A stretch of 64,000 nucleotides of DNA, taken from positions 12,197 through 76,196 of the forward strand of contig CACXVH010000001.1 of NCBI GenBank assembly GCA_902771095.1, given 5' to 3'. Position numbers and translations under genes: made by a program. Positions 29,195 through 39,469 of this stretch are shown here, piece after piece (the stretch's first letter is position 1; each line of letters opens with the position of its first letter). The notes under the pieces are model-generated. The model saw only the letters and a list, made by a program, of their open reading frames with translations. It had not been told where the DNA came from and did no database searches. This DNA comes from an uncultured Pseudomonadota bacterium. GTDB taxonomy: Bacteria > Pseudomonadota > Alphaproteobacteria > Rs-D84.

Positions 29195-29309
29195 CCCCCC
29201 TCCGGCTGGCGCCGCACTCCCCCGGTGGGGGAGAATCCGCCCGCGACAGGGACTTATATTCTCCCCCTGTGGGGGAGGGGACCACGAAGTGGTGAGGGGG
29301 GTAAAAAAA
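29195..29309. repeat. GC-rich composite repeat, copy R
   Basis: C7 tract, palindrome CTCCCCC-GGT-GGGGGAG (29217..29233), and a 68-bp direct repeat (29242..29309) nearly identical to 28743..28807, including CTGTGGGGGAGGG, CCACGAAGTGGTGAGGGGGGTAAAAAA(A). Confidence 0.8.
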
Positions 29310-29377
29310 CACTTTTCATAAAAATTAAAATATGGTATAATATTCATATTGAATTCATATAAGAAAGGAGGAAAATT

Positions 29378-30412
<1,035 letters not shown>

Positions 30413-30427
30413 TAGATTTATAGTTCA

Positions 30428-30459
30428 TAAAAACACCGCCCGTTTGGGCGGTGTTTTTT
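30428..30459. terminator. Bidirectional rho-independent terminator
   Basis: ACACCGCCC-GTTT-GGGCGGTGT hairpin followed by a T6 run, between convergent genes. It overlaps the dksA stop codon. Confidence 0.85.
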
Positions 30460-30890
30460 CATTTCTTTCTTTTTTCGTATTCTTCTTGCTCTTCGGTGGT
30501 CATTGTCGCCAATGGTCGCGCCAACATGCGTTGTAAACCGATTTCATCACCGGAAATTATACTATATCCATATGTTCCGTTTTCAATTCTTTCCAATGCT
30601 GCATTTATCTTTTGTAACAAATTCGAAGCGCGTTCATTCATACGCAAATTCATGGTGATTTCTTGTTCCGCAGCCGCCTGGTCTTGTTCATCACCAACCC
30701 CAGCAGTTTCATTCTTTTCAGCCAAGCGAACATCACTTAATACAGAATCGCGGTCTTGTAAAATTTCATCGCGCTGATTATTCAATAACTGATAGAAATA
30801 CGCCAACTGTTCAGTACACATATATGGTTCTGATTTTTTTGGTTTGTATTTTGAATCCAATTCAATGTTTTTATAGTTCTTTTTTGCCAT
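30459..30890 (-). CDS. dksA: DksA/TraR-family RNA polymerase-binding transcription factor (Cys-less zinc-finger region)
   Basis: 143 aa. Coiled-coil with acidic tip residues (DEQDQAAAEQE) and a C-terminal DksA block GYSIISGDEIGLQRMLARP. The four Zn-finger cysteines are replaced. Confidence 0.75.
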   Translation of the reverse strand: MAKKNYKNIELDSKYKPKKSEPYMCTEQLAYFYQLLNNQRDEILQDRDSVLSDVRLAEKNETAGVGDEQDQAAAEQEITMNLRMNERASNLLQKINAALERIENGTYGYSIISGDEIGLQRMLARPLATMTTEEQEEYEKRKK

Positions 30891-30892
30891 CT

Positions 30893-31213
30893 TTACATCG
30901 CCTTTAATTCTTTAATCCATTGGGTTAATGTTTCGTCATCCATCAATCCTGTTCTGGCTTCTTTCAATTCGCCGTTTTTAAATGCCAAAACACTTGGGAT
31001 ACTGCGTATGCCGAACTTTGCCGGTGTGCGACGATTACCTTCGTCAATTTCAAATTTTACAAAATGAACATCCTTTTCTTTTTCAGATACATCTTCAAAT
31101 ATAGGTCCAAACATTTGGCACGGGCCACACCATGATGCCCAAAAGTCCACCAATGTCAAACCATCCCGTACCATTGAATCAAAGTTTTCATCGTTTGCGT
31201 GCTGTAATGCCAT
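30893..31213 (-). CDS. trxA: Thioredoxin
   Basis: 106 aa. WCGPC active site and conserved thioredoxin fold motifs. Confidence 0.9.
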   Translation of the reverse strand: MALQHANDENFDSMVRDGLTLVDFWASWCGPCQMFGPIFEDVSEKEKDVHFVKFEIDEGNRRTPAKFGIRSIPSVLAFKNGELKEARTGLMDDETLTQWIKELKAM

Positions 31214-31290
31214 ATTTTTCTCCTATTGAATATTATTGATATTTCATTTGAGTTTATTATAATCATAGCAAAAAGCAAGAGAAAAACGAT

Positions 31291-32400
31291 ATGAAAAAAA
31301 TCGTATATATGGACGCAAGCGCAAGTTGGCTTAAACCTCTATCACTGGTTGAGACAGAGGCAGAATTTCTGCGTAAATTTTATGCTAATGCAGGGCGCGG
31401 GGTCTGTGCGCGGGCGGGGCATGTTGACGAATTAATCGCAAATTCCAGAAAAATTGCTGCCGCTTTTATCGGTGCAAAGCCACAAAACATAGTTTGGACA
31501 TCTGGGACAACCGATGCTTTTAATAGAATTGTTAATATCATAAAAAATACATTGAATAAAAAAAATTTGATCGTTGCGGTATCTGATTTGGATCATCACA
31601 GTGCGCGTCTGCCGTGGGAAATGTTCGCAAAGAAAAGACAATGTAAAATAGTCGTTATGCCACTTGATAAAAATTTAAATATTGATACAAAAAAAATTCC
31701 AAATGCTGATGTTATGGTTATAACTGCGATGTCTAATGTGTTGGGAATTAAGCAAGATGTTAAATCAATAATTGCAAATGCACGCAAACAAAATAAAAAT
31801 GTTATTACAATCGTGGATGCGGCGCAATCTGTCGTACACAGCAAATTAGATGTTAAAAAATTAGATTGTGATTTTTTGTGTTTTTCGGGACATAAAATTG
31901 GTGCCGATACTGGTGTAGGGGTAATGTATATTAAAAATCCCGAAACATGGAGTGTTGATAAATTTGGTGGCGGCATGGTCAACAGAATTATCGGTGAAAA
32001 AATTGTGCTGAATAAATCACCAGAAAAATTCGAAGCGGGAACTTTGCCAATAACCCAGATTGTCGCTTTGCCAAAGGCGATTGAATATTTGTCATCCTGG
32101 GGTGGCGGACAAGATTTAATTCATTTTATGTATGATGAATTATCAAAATTAAAAAATATAAAAATATTAACAGTGCGCGATTCTTGTATGATATCTTTTG
32201 TCCCGAAAAATATGCATGTCCTTGATTTCGGGGCTTTGCTTGGTGCGCATGATATTTGTGTGCGTGCCGGAAATATGTGTGCATCTTGGATACACAAAAA
32301 ATTAAACATAGATGGGTCGGTTCGTATATCTGTCGGACCATGGAACACCAAGAAAGACGCCGTATACATCGTTAATGTGATTAAAAAATTGGTGAAATAG
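31291..32400 (+). CDS. sufS: Cysteine desulfurase, SufS-like class V aminotransferase
   Basis: 369 aa. PLP-Lys motif SGHKIG and active-site Cys in RAGNMCA (SufS-type RxGHHCA). It is the first gene of a sufS-sufT-sufE cluster. Confidence 0.7.
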   Translation: MKKIVYMDASASWLKPLSLVETEAEFLRKFYANAGRGVCARAGHVDELIANSRKIAAAFIGAKPQNIVWTSGTTDAFNRIVNIIKNTLNKKNLIVAVSDLDHHSARLPWEMFAKKRQCKIVVMPLDKNLNIDTKKIPNADVMVITAMSNVLGIKQDVKSIIANARKQNKNVITIVDAAQSVVHSKLDVKKLDCDFLCFSGHKIGADTGVGVMYIKNPETWSVDKFGGGMVNRIIGEKIVLNKSPEKFEAGTLPITQIVALPKAIEYLSSWGGGQDLIHFMYDELSKLKNIKILTVRDSCMISFVPKNMHVLDFGALLGAHDICVRAGNMCASWIHKKLNIDGSVRISVGPWNTKKDAVYIVNVIKKLVK

Positions 32401-32715
32401 ATGGCGATAAATCGTGAAGATATTATTAATGAAATTAAGAAAGTTTATGACCCAGAAATACCGGTTAACATCTGGGATTTGGGTTTGATATATGATATAT
32501 CTATAAATGATGATGGTGTCATTATTGAAATGACTTTTACCAGTCCAACTTGCCCCATGATGGAAGAAATTTTAAACGAAGTTAAAACAAATGTTGAAAC
32601 TGTAACAGATGGAAAACCAGTTGATGTAAAATTGGTCTGGGACCCAGCATGGGATTTGTCCAGAATGAGTGATGCGGCGCGAATCGAACTAGATTTAACA
32701 GACCAAGGGTGGTAG
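32401..32715 (+). CDS. Fe-S assembly DUF59/MIP18-family protein (SufT-like)
   Basis: 104 aa. DUF59 signature (IKKVYDPEIPVNIWDLGLIY ... TFTSPTCP). Confidence 0.6.
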   Translation: MAINREDIINEIKKVYDPEIPVNIWDLGLIYDISINDDGVIIEMTFTSPTCPMMEEILNEVKTNVETVTDGKPVDVKLVWDPAWDLSRMSDAARIELDLTDQGW

Positions 32716-33080
32716 TTTTGAATTACGAAAAAATAAAAAAATCTTTGGCATTAATTGAAAATCCTGTCGACAAATTGGAATTTGTTATGGATTTGGGTAA
32801 AAATTTGCCAGATATACCAGAAAAAGCCCAATGCACAGAAATTTTAGGGTGTTCTTCGTTTGTGGAAATCTGTCAAAAAGGGGGGCTTTTTTATGGTCGT
32901 GCCGATTCGTTAATGGTTCGCGGAATCGTTGCAATTATTTTGGCTATGGTTAAAGGAAAAAGTATCAAAGAAATTAAAAAAATAGATTTTGAAGCCGAAT
33001 TTAAATGCCTGAATTTGAACTTTGGTGCCGCCAGATTAAACGGTATTCAATCTATGATTAGTTTTTTTAAGAATTTGTGA
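32709..33080 (+). CDS. sufE: Cysteine desulfuration sulfur-acceptor protein SufE
   Basis: 123 aa. Conserved active Cys context ILGCSSFV (the SufE GCxS motif). Confidence 0.7.
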   Translation: MVVLNYEKIKKSLALIENPVDKLEFVMDLGKNLPDIPEKAQCTEILGCSSFVEICQKGGLFYGRADSLMVRGIVAIILAMVKGKSIKEIKKIDFEAEFKCLNLNFGAARLNGIQSMISFFKNL

Positions 33081-33112
33081 TAAAATACATATAGAAAAAA
33101 AGGAAAGGTTTT

Positions 33113-33400
33113 ATGCGAGACGATGAAAAAATGTTCAACATTGGTTTCACAATGGTTTTTGCTGTTGTATGTTTGACTGCATTTTTACAAGTGTGTTATC
33201 GTGTCCAAGAAAATAATTTGAAATCTGTGCGACAAAGTACGGAAACAACCAAACAAGAATATGATATTGCGGGGACAAAGTTTTCTGCACTGTCTTCGGC
33301 TGGCTTTTTGCGTGCATCGGTTGCAGAAACAAATCCAAAAATGGAAACAGTGTCTTTTAGCAAGACCGTTCACATAGATGAAATACCAATGGTGGAATAA
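33113..33400 (+). CDS. Putative cell division protein FtsL-like
   Basis: 95 aa bitopic protein (one TM, periplasmic coiled-coil-like tail). It lies directly upstream of and overlapping ftsI, as in mraZ-rsmH-ftsL-ftsI order. Assignment is by position only. Confidence 0.4.
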   Translation: MRDDEKMFNIGFTMVFAVVCLTAFLQVCYRVQENNLKSVRQSTETTKQEYDIAGTKFSALSSAGFLRASVAETNPKMETVSFSKTVHIDEIPMVE

Positions 33401-35066
33401 AATGCGTTTCAATATCGGACAAGATGTTTTGCCACACGAATACCAAGGTGAAATATATCACCGTGAAAGTGCTGCGCGTCTTCGTTGGATAATGTTCGGT
33501 TTTACGGTGATGTTCGGGATTTTTATCGCAAGAACACTGCAGCTGGGAATTCAAAGTAACGATATAAAAAAATACAGTTTGTATGGAAATGAAATAGAAG
33601 CCCGCGCAGATATTGTTGATAGAAATGGTGTTGTTCTGGCGAAAAGTGTGCGGTCTGGAAATATTAAACTTTATCCGCAAAAGGTTAAAAGCGAAGATAT
33701 AAATAATGTCGCTAATGTTATTCATGAAATTGCGCCTATGGATTACAGTGTTGTTGATGCACTTAATCTTATCCGTTCTGACAAGCGCGGTGTGTATATA
33801 AAAAAGAACGCGACCGAAGAACAAATAAAATTTGTTAAAGATGCACACAGAAAATATAACTGTTTCGAAGTAGAACAATTTACACATCGTCGATATCCGC
33901 AACGCAATGTTTTTGCGCACGTTGTAGGTTTTGCTGGTAAAGACGAAGGTTTGGAAGGTGTCGAATACACATATGATAAATATTTGCGCGAAAATAAAGA
34001 TCCACTACGACTTTCCATAGATTCACGTGTTCAAAATATTTTCTATGAACAATTAAGTTATGCAATGAGCAAATATCGTGCCAAAGGTGCTTTGGGTATG
34101 TTGATGAATTCCAGCACAGGCGAAATGATAGCAATGGTGCAATTACCTGACTTTGATCCAAATAATTATAATTCTAGTCCGGTTAGTGTACGCAGATTCA
34201 GGGCTTTGCGTGATAACTTTGAAATGGGGTCTATATTTAAAATCTTTAATACTGCGCTGGCATACAAAAATGGTTTGCAAAATAAAGATTATAAAATCAG
34301 TGAGCCGTTGATGATATATGATAAATATGGGCGACCTGCAATGCGAAAGCCAATTGATGATGTTTCGTCTTTTAAACGCGATGTTGTTAAAAAAATGGGA
34401 AAAAGAACATTAAAAGCCAAAGATATAATGTTGTATTCTTGTAATGTGGGTAGTGCGCGAATCGCTCTTGATTTGCCAGATGGCGCACAAAAGGAATTCT
34501 TTGAGACATTGCAATTTAATAAACCTTTGAATTTAGAGTTCGGAAAAACAGAAACAGGTTTGACTTATCGAACATGGGGGCCTACAGAAAGGGCAACTGC
34601 ATCATTTGGACATGGAATTGCTGTTACACCTATGCATTTATTGTTGGCTGTAAATTCTATGACAAATGGCGGAATATATATATATCCAACATTATTAAAA
34701 AGGAATATCGGCGCTGTGCGTGGGGAAAGAGTGCTTAGCCCTGAAATATCATCAACTTTGCGGACAATCATGTTTCATATTGCAGAAGAAACAACTGCCA
34801 AGAAAGCGCGGGTCAAAGGTATTGAAATCGGTGGAAAAACAGGAACCGCTGAAAAAAGAGGTGCGGACAGACATGTTGATAAAAACAGAAATACGACTGT
34901 GTTTACCGGAATTTTTCCAGTATCTGCACCACAGTATATTATTATGATTATGTTGGATGAACCCCAGGGAACAACAGAGTCCGGCGGATGGAAAACAGCC
35001 GCTTGGAATGCTGTGCCAACAGCAGGCGCAATATTAGATGGAATCATCCCATTGCTATTTGAATAA
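33378..35066 (+). CDS. ftsI: Peptidoglycan D,D-transpeptidase (class B PBP, FtsI/PBP3-like)
   Basis: 562 aa. N-terminal TM anchor, a dimerisation domain, and transpeptidase motifs SIFK (SxxK), SCN (SxN) and KTGTA. Confidence 0.8.
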   Translation: MKYQWWNKMRFNIGQDVLPHEYQGEIYHRESAARLRWIMFGFTVMFGIFIARTLQLGIQSNDIKKYSLYGNEIEARADIVDRNGVVLAKSVRSGNIKLYPQKVKSEDINNVANVIHEIAPMDYSVVDALNLIRSDKRGVYIKKNATEEQIKFVKDAHRKYNCFEVEQFTHRRYPQRNVFAHVVGFAGKDEGLEGVEYTYDKYLRENKDPLRLSIDSRVQNIFYEQLSYAMSKYRAKGALGMLMNSSTGEMIAMVQLPDFDPNNYNSSPVSVRRFRALRDNFEMGSIFKIFNTALAYKNGLQNKDYKISEPLMIYDKYGRPAMRKPIDDVSSFKRDVVKKMGKRTLKAKDIMLYSCNVGSARIALDLPDGAQKEFFETLQFNKPLNLEFGKTETGLTYRTWGPTERATASFGHGIAVTPMHLLLAVNSMTNGGIYIYPTLLKRNIGAVRGERVLSPEISSTLRTIMFHIAEETTAKKARVKGIEIGGKTGTAEKRGADRHVDKNRNTTVFTGIFPVSAPQYIIMIMLDEPQGTTESGGWKTAAWNAVPTAGAILDGIIPLLFE

Positions 35067-35108
35067 ATTTGTATTATAATTATTCCGATAATAAAAAAAG
35101 AGTATAGT

Positions 35109-36863
35109 GTGCGTAATATAGTAGAAAAGTCCATGCTGGGGAAAGTGTGGGCTGTGTCGGATGATTATAATATGGACAAGTGTCCAACCGATACAGAAAA
35201 TTTGATAAAAAATATTTTGACTTCGCGGGGGATTACCGGTGATGTTGCTGTGGCGCGTTTTTTGCACCCTTCTATCAAAGAATATATGCCTGATCCATCT
35301 GTTTTGAAAGATATGGATAAAGCGACACAAATAATCGCAGATGCTATTTGTAAAAATGAAAAAATCGCAATATATGGCGATTATGATGTAGATGGAATAA
35401 CTTCGACCGCAGTTTTTGTAAAATATTTACGTGAAATTGGTATTGATGTTTCGTGGCATTTGCCGACCCGTGAAGGAGAAGGATATGGGCTTAATATTTC
35501 TGCCATAGAACAAATCGCGCAAACTGGTGTAGATTTGATGATTACAGTTGATTGCGGTATTAGTGGTATAAAAGAAGTGCAGCGCGCCAAAGAACTTGGG
35601 TTAAAAGTAGTGGTGACAGACCATCATTCGCCTGATAATGTTTTACCAAATGCTGATGCTGTGGTGAACCCAAAACGCGAAGATGATACATCTGGATTAA
35701 CTTTCCTTGCTGGGGTCGGTGTTGCCTTTTTGACACTTGTTTCATTGAATCGCGAATTAAAAAAACGTGGATTTTTTGGTAATGGAAGAAATCAAATTAA
35801 TTTGTTGAATTATATGGATATGGTGGCATTGGGGACGATTTGTGATACTATGCCTTTGATAGATTTAAATCGTGCTTTTGTTTCAACGGGGTTAAAAGTT
35901 TTGGGGTTGCGCCAAAATCTAGGTCTTAGAACTTTGATGGATTTGGCGGGGATAAAAAATCCTTCGGTATATGCTGTGGGCTTTGCATTGGGACCACGTC
36001 TTAATGCTGCTGGTCGTCTTGATTCTGCATCGCCTGCGCTGGAATTATTATTAACAGATAATCCATTGGTTGCTAGTGATTTGGCAAACAAGTTGCATCA
36101 TATGAACCAAGAAAGAATAGATATTCAAAATGCAATCATGGTAGATGCGATAGATATGGCAAATAAATGTTGCGAACATGGAAATTGTAGTTTGTTTGTC
36201 TGTGGTGATAATTGGCATGGCGGTGTTATGGGAATTATCGCAGGGCGATTAAAAGATAAATATAATTTGCCAACTTGTGTCGCGACAAGAATAGACGGTG
36301 TTATTAATGGTTCAGGGCGTTCTATACCAGAAGTTGATTTAGGAAGAATTATCCACGAAGCATTAGCCAAAGGCATTTTATCCGAAGGTGGTGGACATGC
36401 TGCTGCTGCTGGGTTTTCATTAGATGCAGAACATGAAGAAGAGTTTTGCGGATTCTTGGAAAAATCTGTGGTTGAACAATTAAGTGGCGAAAAACCAAAA
36501 ACAGAAATAATTGTTGATGCAGAGATAGACGCAAGTGGTGCAAATATGAAATTGGTTGAAAAATTGGCTGATTTGGCACCGTTTGGACAATCTAATCCTG
36601 AACCTACATTGGTTTTACGCGGTTGTGTGCTGAAATTTGCATCTGTTATTGGAAGTGGCGCCCATTTGCGCGGTGTTATTAGGACGAGTAATGGTGGACA
36701 ATTATCTTTTGTGGGTTTTAATTTGGTTGGAACACCTGTTGGTAATTTTTTACTGGACGATGCGAATACAAATACTAAAATAATGATGTTGGGCAAGTTA
36801 AAAGAAAATGAATATAACGGTCGGGTCAGCGCTCAATTCACATTGGAAGATATAGCAATATGA
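35109..36863 (+). CDS. recJ: Single-stranded-DNA-specific exonuclease RecJ
   Basis: 584 aa. DHH motifs (GDYDVDGITS; VVTDHHSP), a DHHA1 domain (GGGHAAAAG) and a C-terminal OB-like domain. Confidence 0.85.
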   Translation: MRNIVEKSMLGKVWAVSDDYNMDKCPTDTENLIKNILTSRGITGDVAVARFLHPSIKEYMPDPSVLKDMDKATQIIADAICKNEKIAIYGDYDVDGITSTAVFVKYLREIGIDVSWHLPTREGEGYGLNISAIEQIAQTGVDLMITVDCGISGIKEVQRAKELGLKVVVTDHHSPDNVLPNADAVVNPKREDDTSGLTFLAGVGVAFLTLVSLNRELKKRGFFGNGRNQINLLNYMDMVALGTICDTMPLIDLNRAFVSTGLKVLGLRQNLGLRTLMDLAGIKNPSVYAVGFALGPRLNAAGRLDSASPALELLLTDNPLVASDLANKLHHMNQERIDIQNAIMVDAIDMANKCCEHGNCSLFVCGDNWHGGVMGIIAGRLKDKYNLPTCVATRIDGVINGSGRSIPEVDLGRIIHEALAKGILSEGGGHAAAAGFSLDAEHEEEFCGFLEKSVVEQLSGEKPKTEIIVDAEIDASGANMKLVEKLADLAPFGQSNPEPTLVLRGCVLKFASVIGSGAHLRGVIRTSNGGQLSFVGFNLVGTPVGNFLLDDANTNTKIMMLGKLKENEYNGRVSAQFTLEDIAI

Positions 36864-37810
36864 AGAAAAAAATAGAAATCTTAATAGAAAAAATAAAAAA
36901 TGCGAAAACAATCGCGATATCTGGACACAAAAATCCAGATGGAGATTCGTTATGTTCTGCATTGGCTTTGATGAAAATCATAGAATTAAATTTTAAAAAA
37001 AAGCCGGTGGTTATTCATGATGGTAATATACCAAAAGAATTAGATAATGTCCCTTTGCGTAAAGAAGTAATAAGCCATAATCATATCCCAGAAGATTCAA
37101 AGTATGATTTGTACATACTGGTTGATTATGGAACCAAGAAAAATTTGGGTGCGATTATAAAATTTGTGGAAAATTCTGATTTTGTTATTGAAATAGATCA
37201 TCATTATAACGATGAATTGATGGGAATTTTGTGTTTCGATAATACTGAAAAGGCGGCTACATCCCAAATTATTTATGATATTGTGCGTGATGCTAAATTT
37301 CAAACCAATCAAGAAATTATCAATCTTTTGACATTGGCTATTATTACGGATACAGGAAATTTTAAATTTGTTCGACACAGTGATGTTTTAAAGGATGCAG
37401 CACAACTGGTTGATGCTGGTGCTAATATGACATACCTTGTAAATTTGCTAAATAACAAAAGTAAAAAGACCGTATTGGTGGAATCAAAGACCGTTTCTAA
37501 TGCAGAGTTTTTTATGAAAGGACGTCTTGCGGTGGCAACGATTAATCATGATGATTATAAAAAATTAGATGGTCGTGGCGAATTGGTTATGCAGTTGTTG
37601 GGGCAGATTCACGGTGTTGAATATGTGGCATTGTTAAAGGAACAAAAAGAAAATCAAATTGGAATCTCTTTACGCAGTCGTAAAATACCAATTAATAAAA
37701 TTGCAGAATCTTTTGGGGGTGGTGGACATCTGTGTGCGGCAGGCGCTGTCGTATCGGACAGTTTGCAGAATGTCCATGATAAAATAATAAATGCTTTTAA
37801 GGGGATGTAG
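36860..37810 (+). CDS. nrnA: DHH-family phosphoesterase, NrnA-like (oligoribonuclease/pAp phosphatase)
   Basis: 316 aa. DHH motifs ISGHKNPDGDSLCS and DHH, and DHHA1 motif GGGGH. Confidence 0.7.
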   Translation: MKKKIEILIEKIKNAKTIAISGHKNPDGDSLCSALALMKIIELNFKKKPVVIHDGNIPKELDNVPLRKEVISHNHIPEDSKYDLYILVDYGTKKNLGAIIKFVENSDFVIEIDHHYNDELMGILCFDNTEKAATSQIIYDIVRDAKFQTNQEIINLLTLAIITDTGNFKFVRHSDVLKDAAQLVDAGANMTYLVNLLNNKSKKTVLVESKTVSNAEFFMKGRLAVATINHDDYKKLDGRGELVMQLLGQIHGVEYVALLKEQKENQIGISLRSRKIPINKIAESFGGGGHLCAAGAVVSDSLQNVHDKIINAFKGM

Positions 37811-37811
37811 A

Positions 37812-38426
37812 ATGAAAAAAATTATATCTGTGTTTTTCGGTTTGTTTGTTTGTTTTTCTGGTTATGCAGCGGTGGATAAAAAGTTGGTTGCAGATGCCGA
37901 AAAATACCTTAATTCCATAACTGGTTTACAAGGGGGATTTAGTCAAACTGCAAATGGAAAAACAGAAAAGGGAACATTTTCAATGTTGCGCCCAGGACGC
38001 GTCAGATTAGATTACAAAGATGCACCAATTCAATTGATTGCAGATGGTAAAGATTTATATTTTTATGATAAATCTTTGGATCAAATTACAACGGTTCCGT
38101 TGACTAGCACTCCGGCTGGGATTTTGGTTCGTAAAAAAATAGATTTACAAAATGCAGATATAAAAGTGACAGATACAAATTCTGATAAAAATACTTTTTC
38201 TTTAAAAATGCATTTGCGTGACCAAGAAGGTTTGGGACATATGGTTGTTGTTTTTGATAAAAGCCCTGTGAAACTGAATTCTTGGTCTGTGGTGGATGCC
38301 ACTTCAAATAAAACAGATGTGGTATTTAAAGATTTGAAATCAAAAACAGATTTTGGAAAAAATTATTTCCAATTATCGCGTCATAAAACTGTGTCAACCA
38401 GTGGCGGTGATGATTTCTATGACTAA
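37812..38426 (+). CDS. lolA: Outer-membrane lipoprotein carrier protein LolA
   Basis: 204 aa from the internal ATG. Signal peptide, then LolA-family block (GFSQT ... FSMLRPGRVRLDYKDAP ... LYFYDKSL). Confidence 0.8.
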   Translation: MKKIISVFFGLFVCFSGYAAVDKKLVADAEKYLNSITGLQGGFSQTANGKTEKGTFSMLRPGRVRLDYKDAPIQLIADGKDLYFYDKSLDQITTVPLTSTPAGILVRKKIDLQNADIKVTDTNSDKNTFSLKMHLRDQEGLGHMVVVFDKSPVKLNSWSVVDATSNKTDVVFKDLKSKTDFGKNYFQLSRHKTVSTSGGDDFYD

Positions 38427-38434
38427 GGCATAAT

Positions 38435-38716
38435 ATGTTCGGTATAAGTTGGACTGAATTTTTAGTGATTTTATTGGTGGCAATTTGTGTTGTGCCTGCG
38501 AAATATTGGCCCGAAGTTGCAAAATTTTTGGCGCATGTTGTTAAATATATAAGAAAAATAATCTGGCAAATTACCGATTTTTCAGAAGAAATTCAACATC
38601 GTATAGATTTAGAAAAGCCAATTGATGATTTGTTGCAAAATGCTAGTGATAATATGTTCGGTGAAAAAATAAAAACCAAAAAGAAAAGTGTTGTAAAAAA
38701 GGCGCGTAAAAAATGA
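38435..38716 (+). CDS. tatB: Sec-independent translocase subunit TatB
   Basis: 93 aa. TatA/B-type N-terminal TM (MFGISWTEFLVILLVAI) and an amphipathic helix. Located directly upstream of and overlapping tatC. Confidence 0.7.
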   Translation: MFGISWTEFLVILLVAICVVPAKYWPEVAKFLAHVVKYIRKIIWQITDFSEEIQHRIDLEKPIDDLLQNASDNMFGEKIKTKKKSVVKKARKK

Positions 38717-39423
38717 AAATGACTTTGATGCAACATTTTGCAGAATTGCGGCGTAGAATATTGTGGTGCGCGCTGGTTTTTGTCTTTGCTTTTTGTTTTG
38801 GGTGGGTTGTGTCGCCGTATGTAGAATTGTTTTTAACGCAACCTTTGTTAAATGTATGGGAAGATGCTGCATTGCTCTATACGGGGATTTCTGATGGTTT
38901 GATGATTCAATTTGCATTGGCTACATTGGTTGCTTTGGTAATCACAGTGCCTGCGTTATTGTGGCATATATGGGCATATGTTGCCCCAGGATTACATAAA
39001 AACGAAAAACAATTTTTAATTCCCATATTTTTATTGTCACCAATATTATTTATAACTGGTGCGGCTTTTGCTTTTTATGTTTTGTTTCCAACTGTGTTTA
39101 AGTTTTTCTTGGAATTGAATGAAAGCGCGTATGTGCCGACTGTTTTATTGCCAGCAATTAATGGGTATCTTGCTTTTTCTATCGGGATGTTAAAGGTTTT
39201 TGGTATCGCTTTTCAATTACCTTTGGTTTTAATTGGATTGAACAGAATAGGGGTGTTACCCAAAGATTCTGTGATAAAAAGTCGCAGATATGTTATTATT
39301 GCAGTGTTTATATTAGCCGCGATGTTGACACCACCTGATATTGTTTCCCAGATTTTATTAGCGATACCTATGTTGTTGTTGTTTGAAATCAGCATATTAT
39401 TTATGCGAAAAGATGCCGCATAA
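38713..39423 (+). CDS. tatC: Sec-independent translocase subunit TatC
   Basis: 236 aa. Six TM helices and TatC N-terminal signature (HFAELRRRIL). Confidence 0.9.
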   Translation: MKMTLMQHFAELRRRILWCALVFVFAFCFGWVVSPYVELFLTQPLLNVWEDAALLYTGISDGLMIQFALATLVALVITVPALLWHIWAYVAPGLHKNEKQFLIPIFLLSPILFITGAAFAFYVLFPTVFKFFLELNESAYVPTVLLPAINGYLAFSIGMLKVFGIAFQLPLVLIGLNRIGVLPKDSVIKSRRYVIIAVFILAAMLTPPDIVSQILLAIPMLLLFEISILFMRKDAA

Positions 39424-39469
39424 ATTCTTTTTTTATAGTGCTTTTTATGATATAATTTCTAATGTGAGA

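Noticed and set aside
36125-36796. 223-aa minus-strand ORF inside recJ, and similar long antisense ORFs (27268..27792 within the protease gene, 39727..40338 within the nlpD-like gene, 13361..13804 within the SPOR gene, 43501..43908 and 44212..44712 within the ATPase gene, 24879..25223 within secD).
   Set aside because: These are shadow ORFs on the strand opposite to well-supported genes. Their translations are compositionally biased (Ser/Pro/Cys-rich, no motifs) and they have no independent RBS or promoter context.
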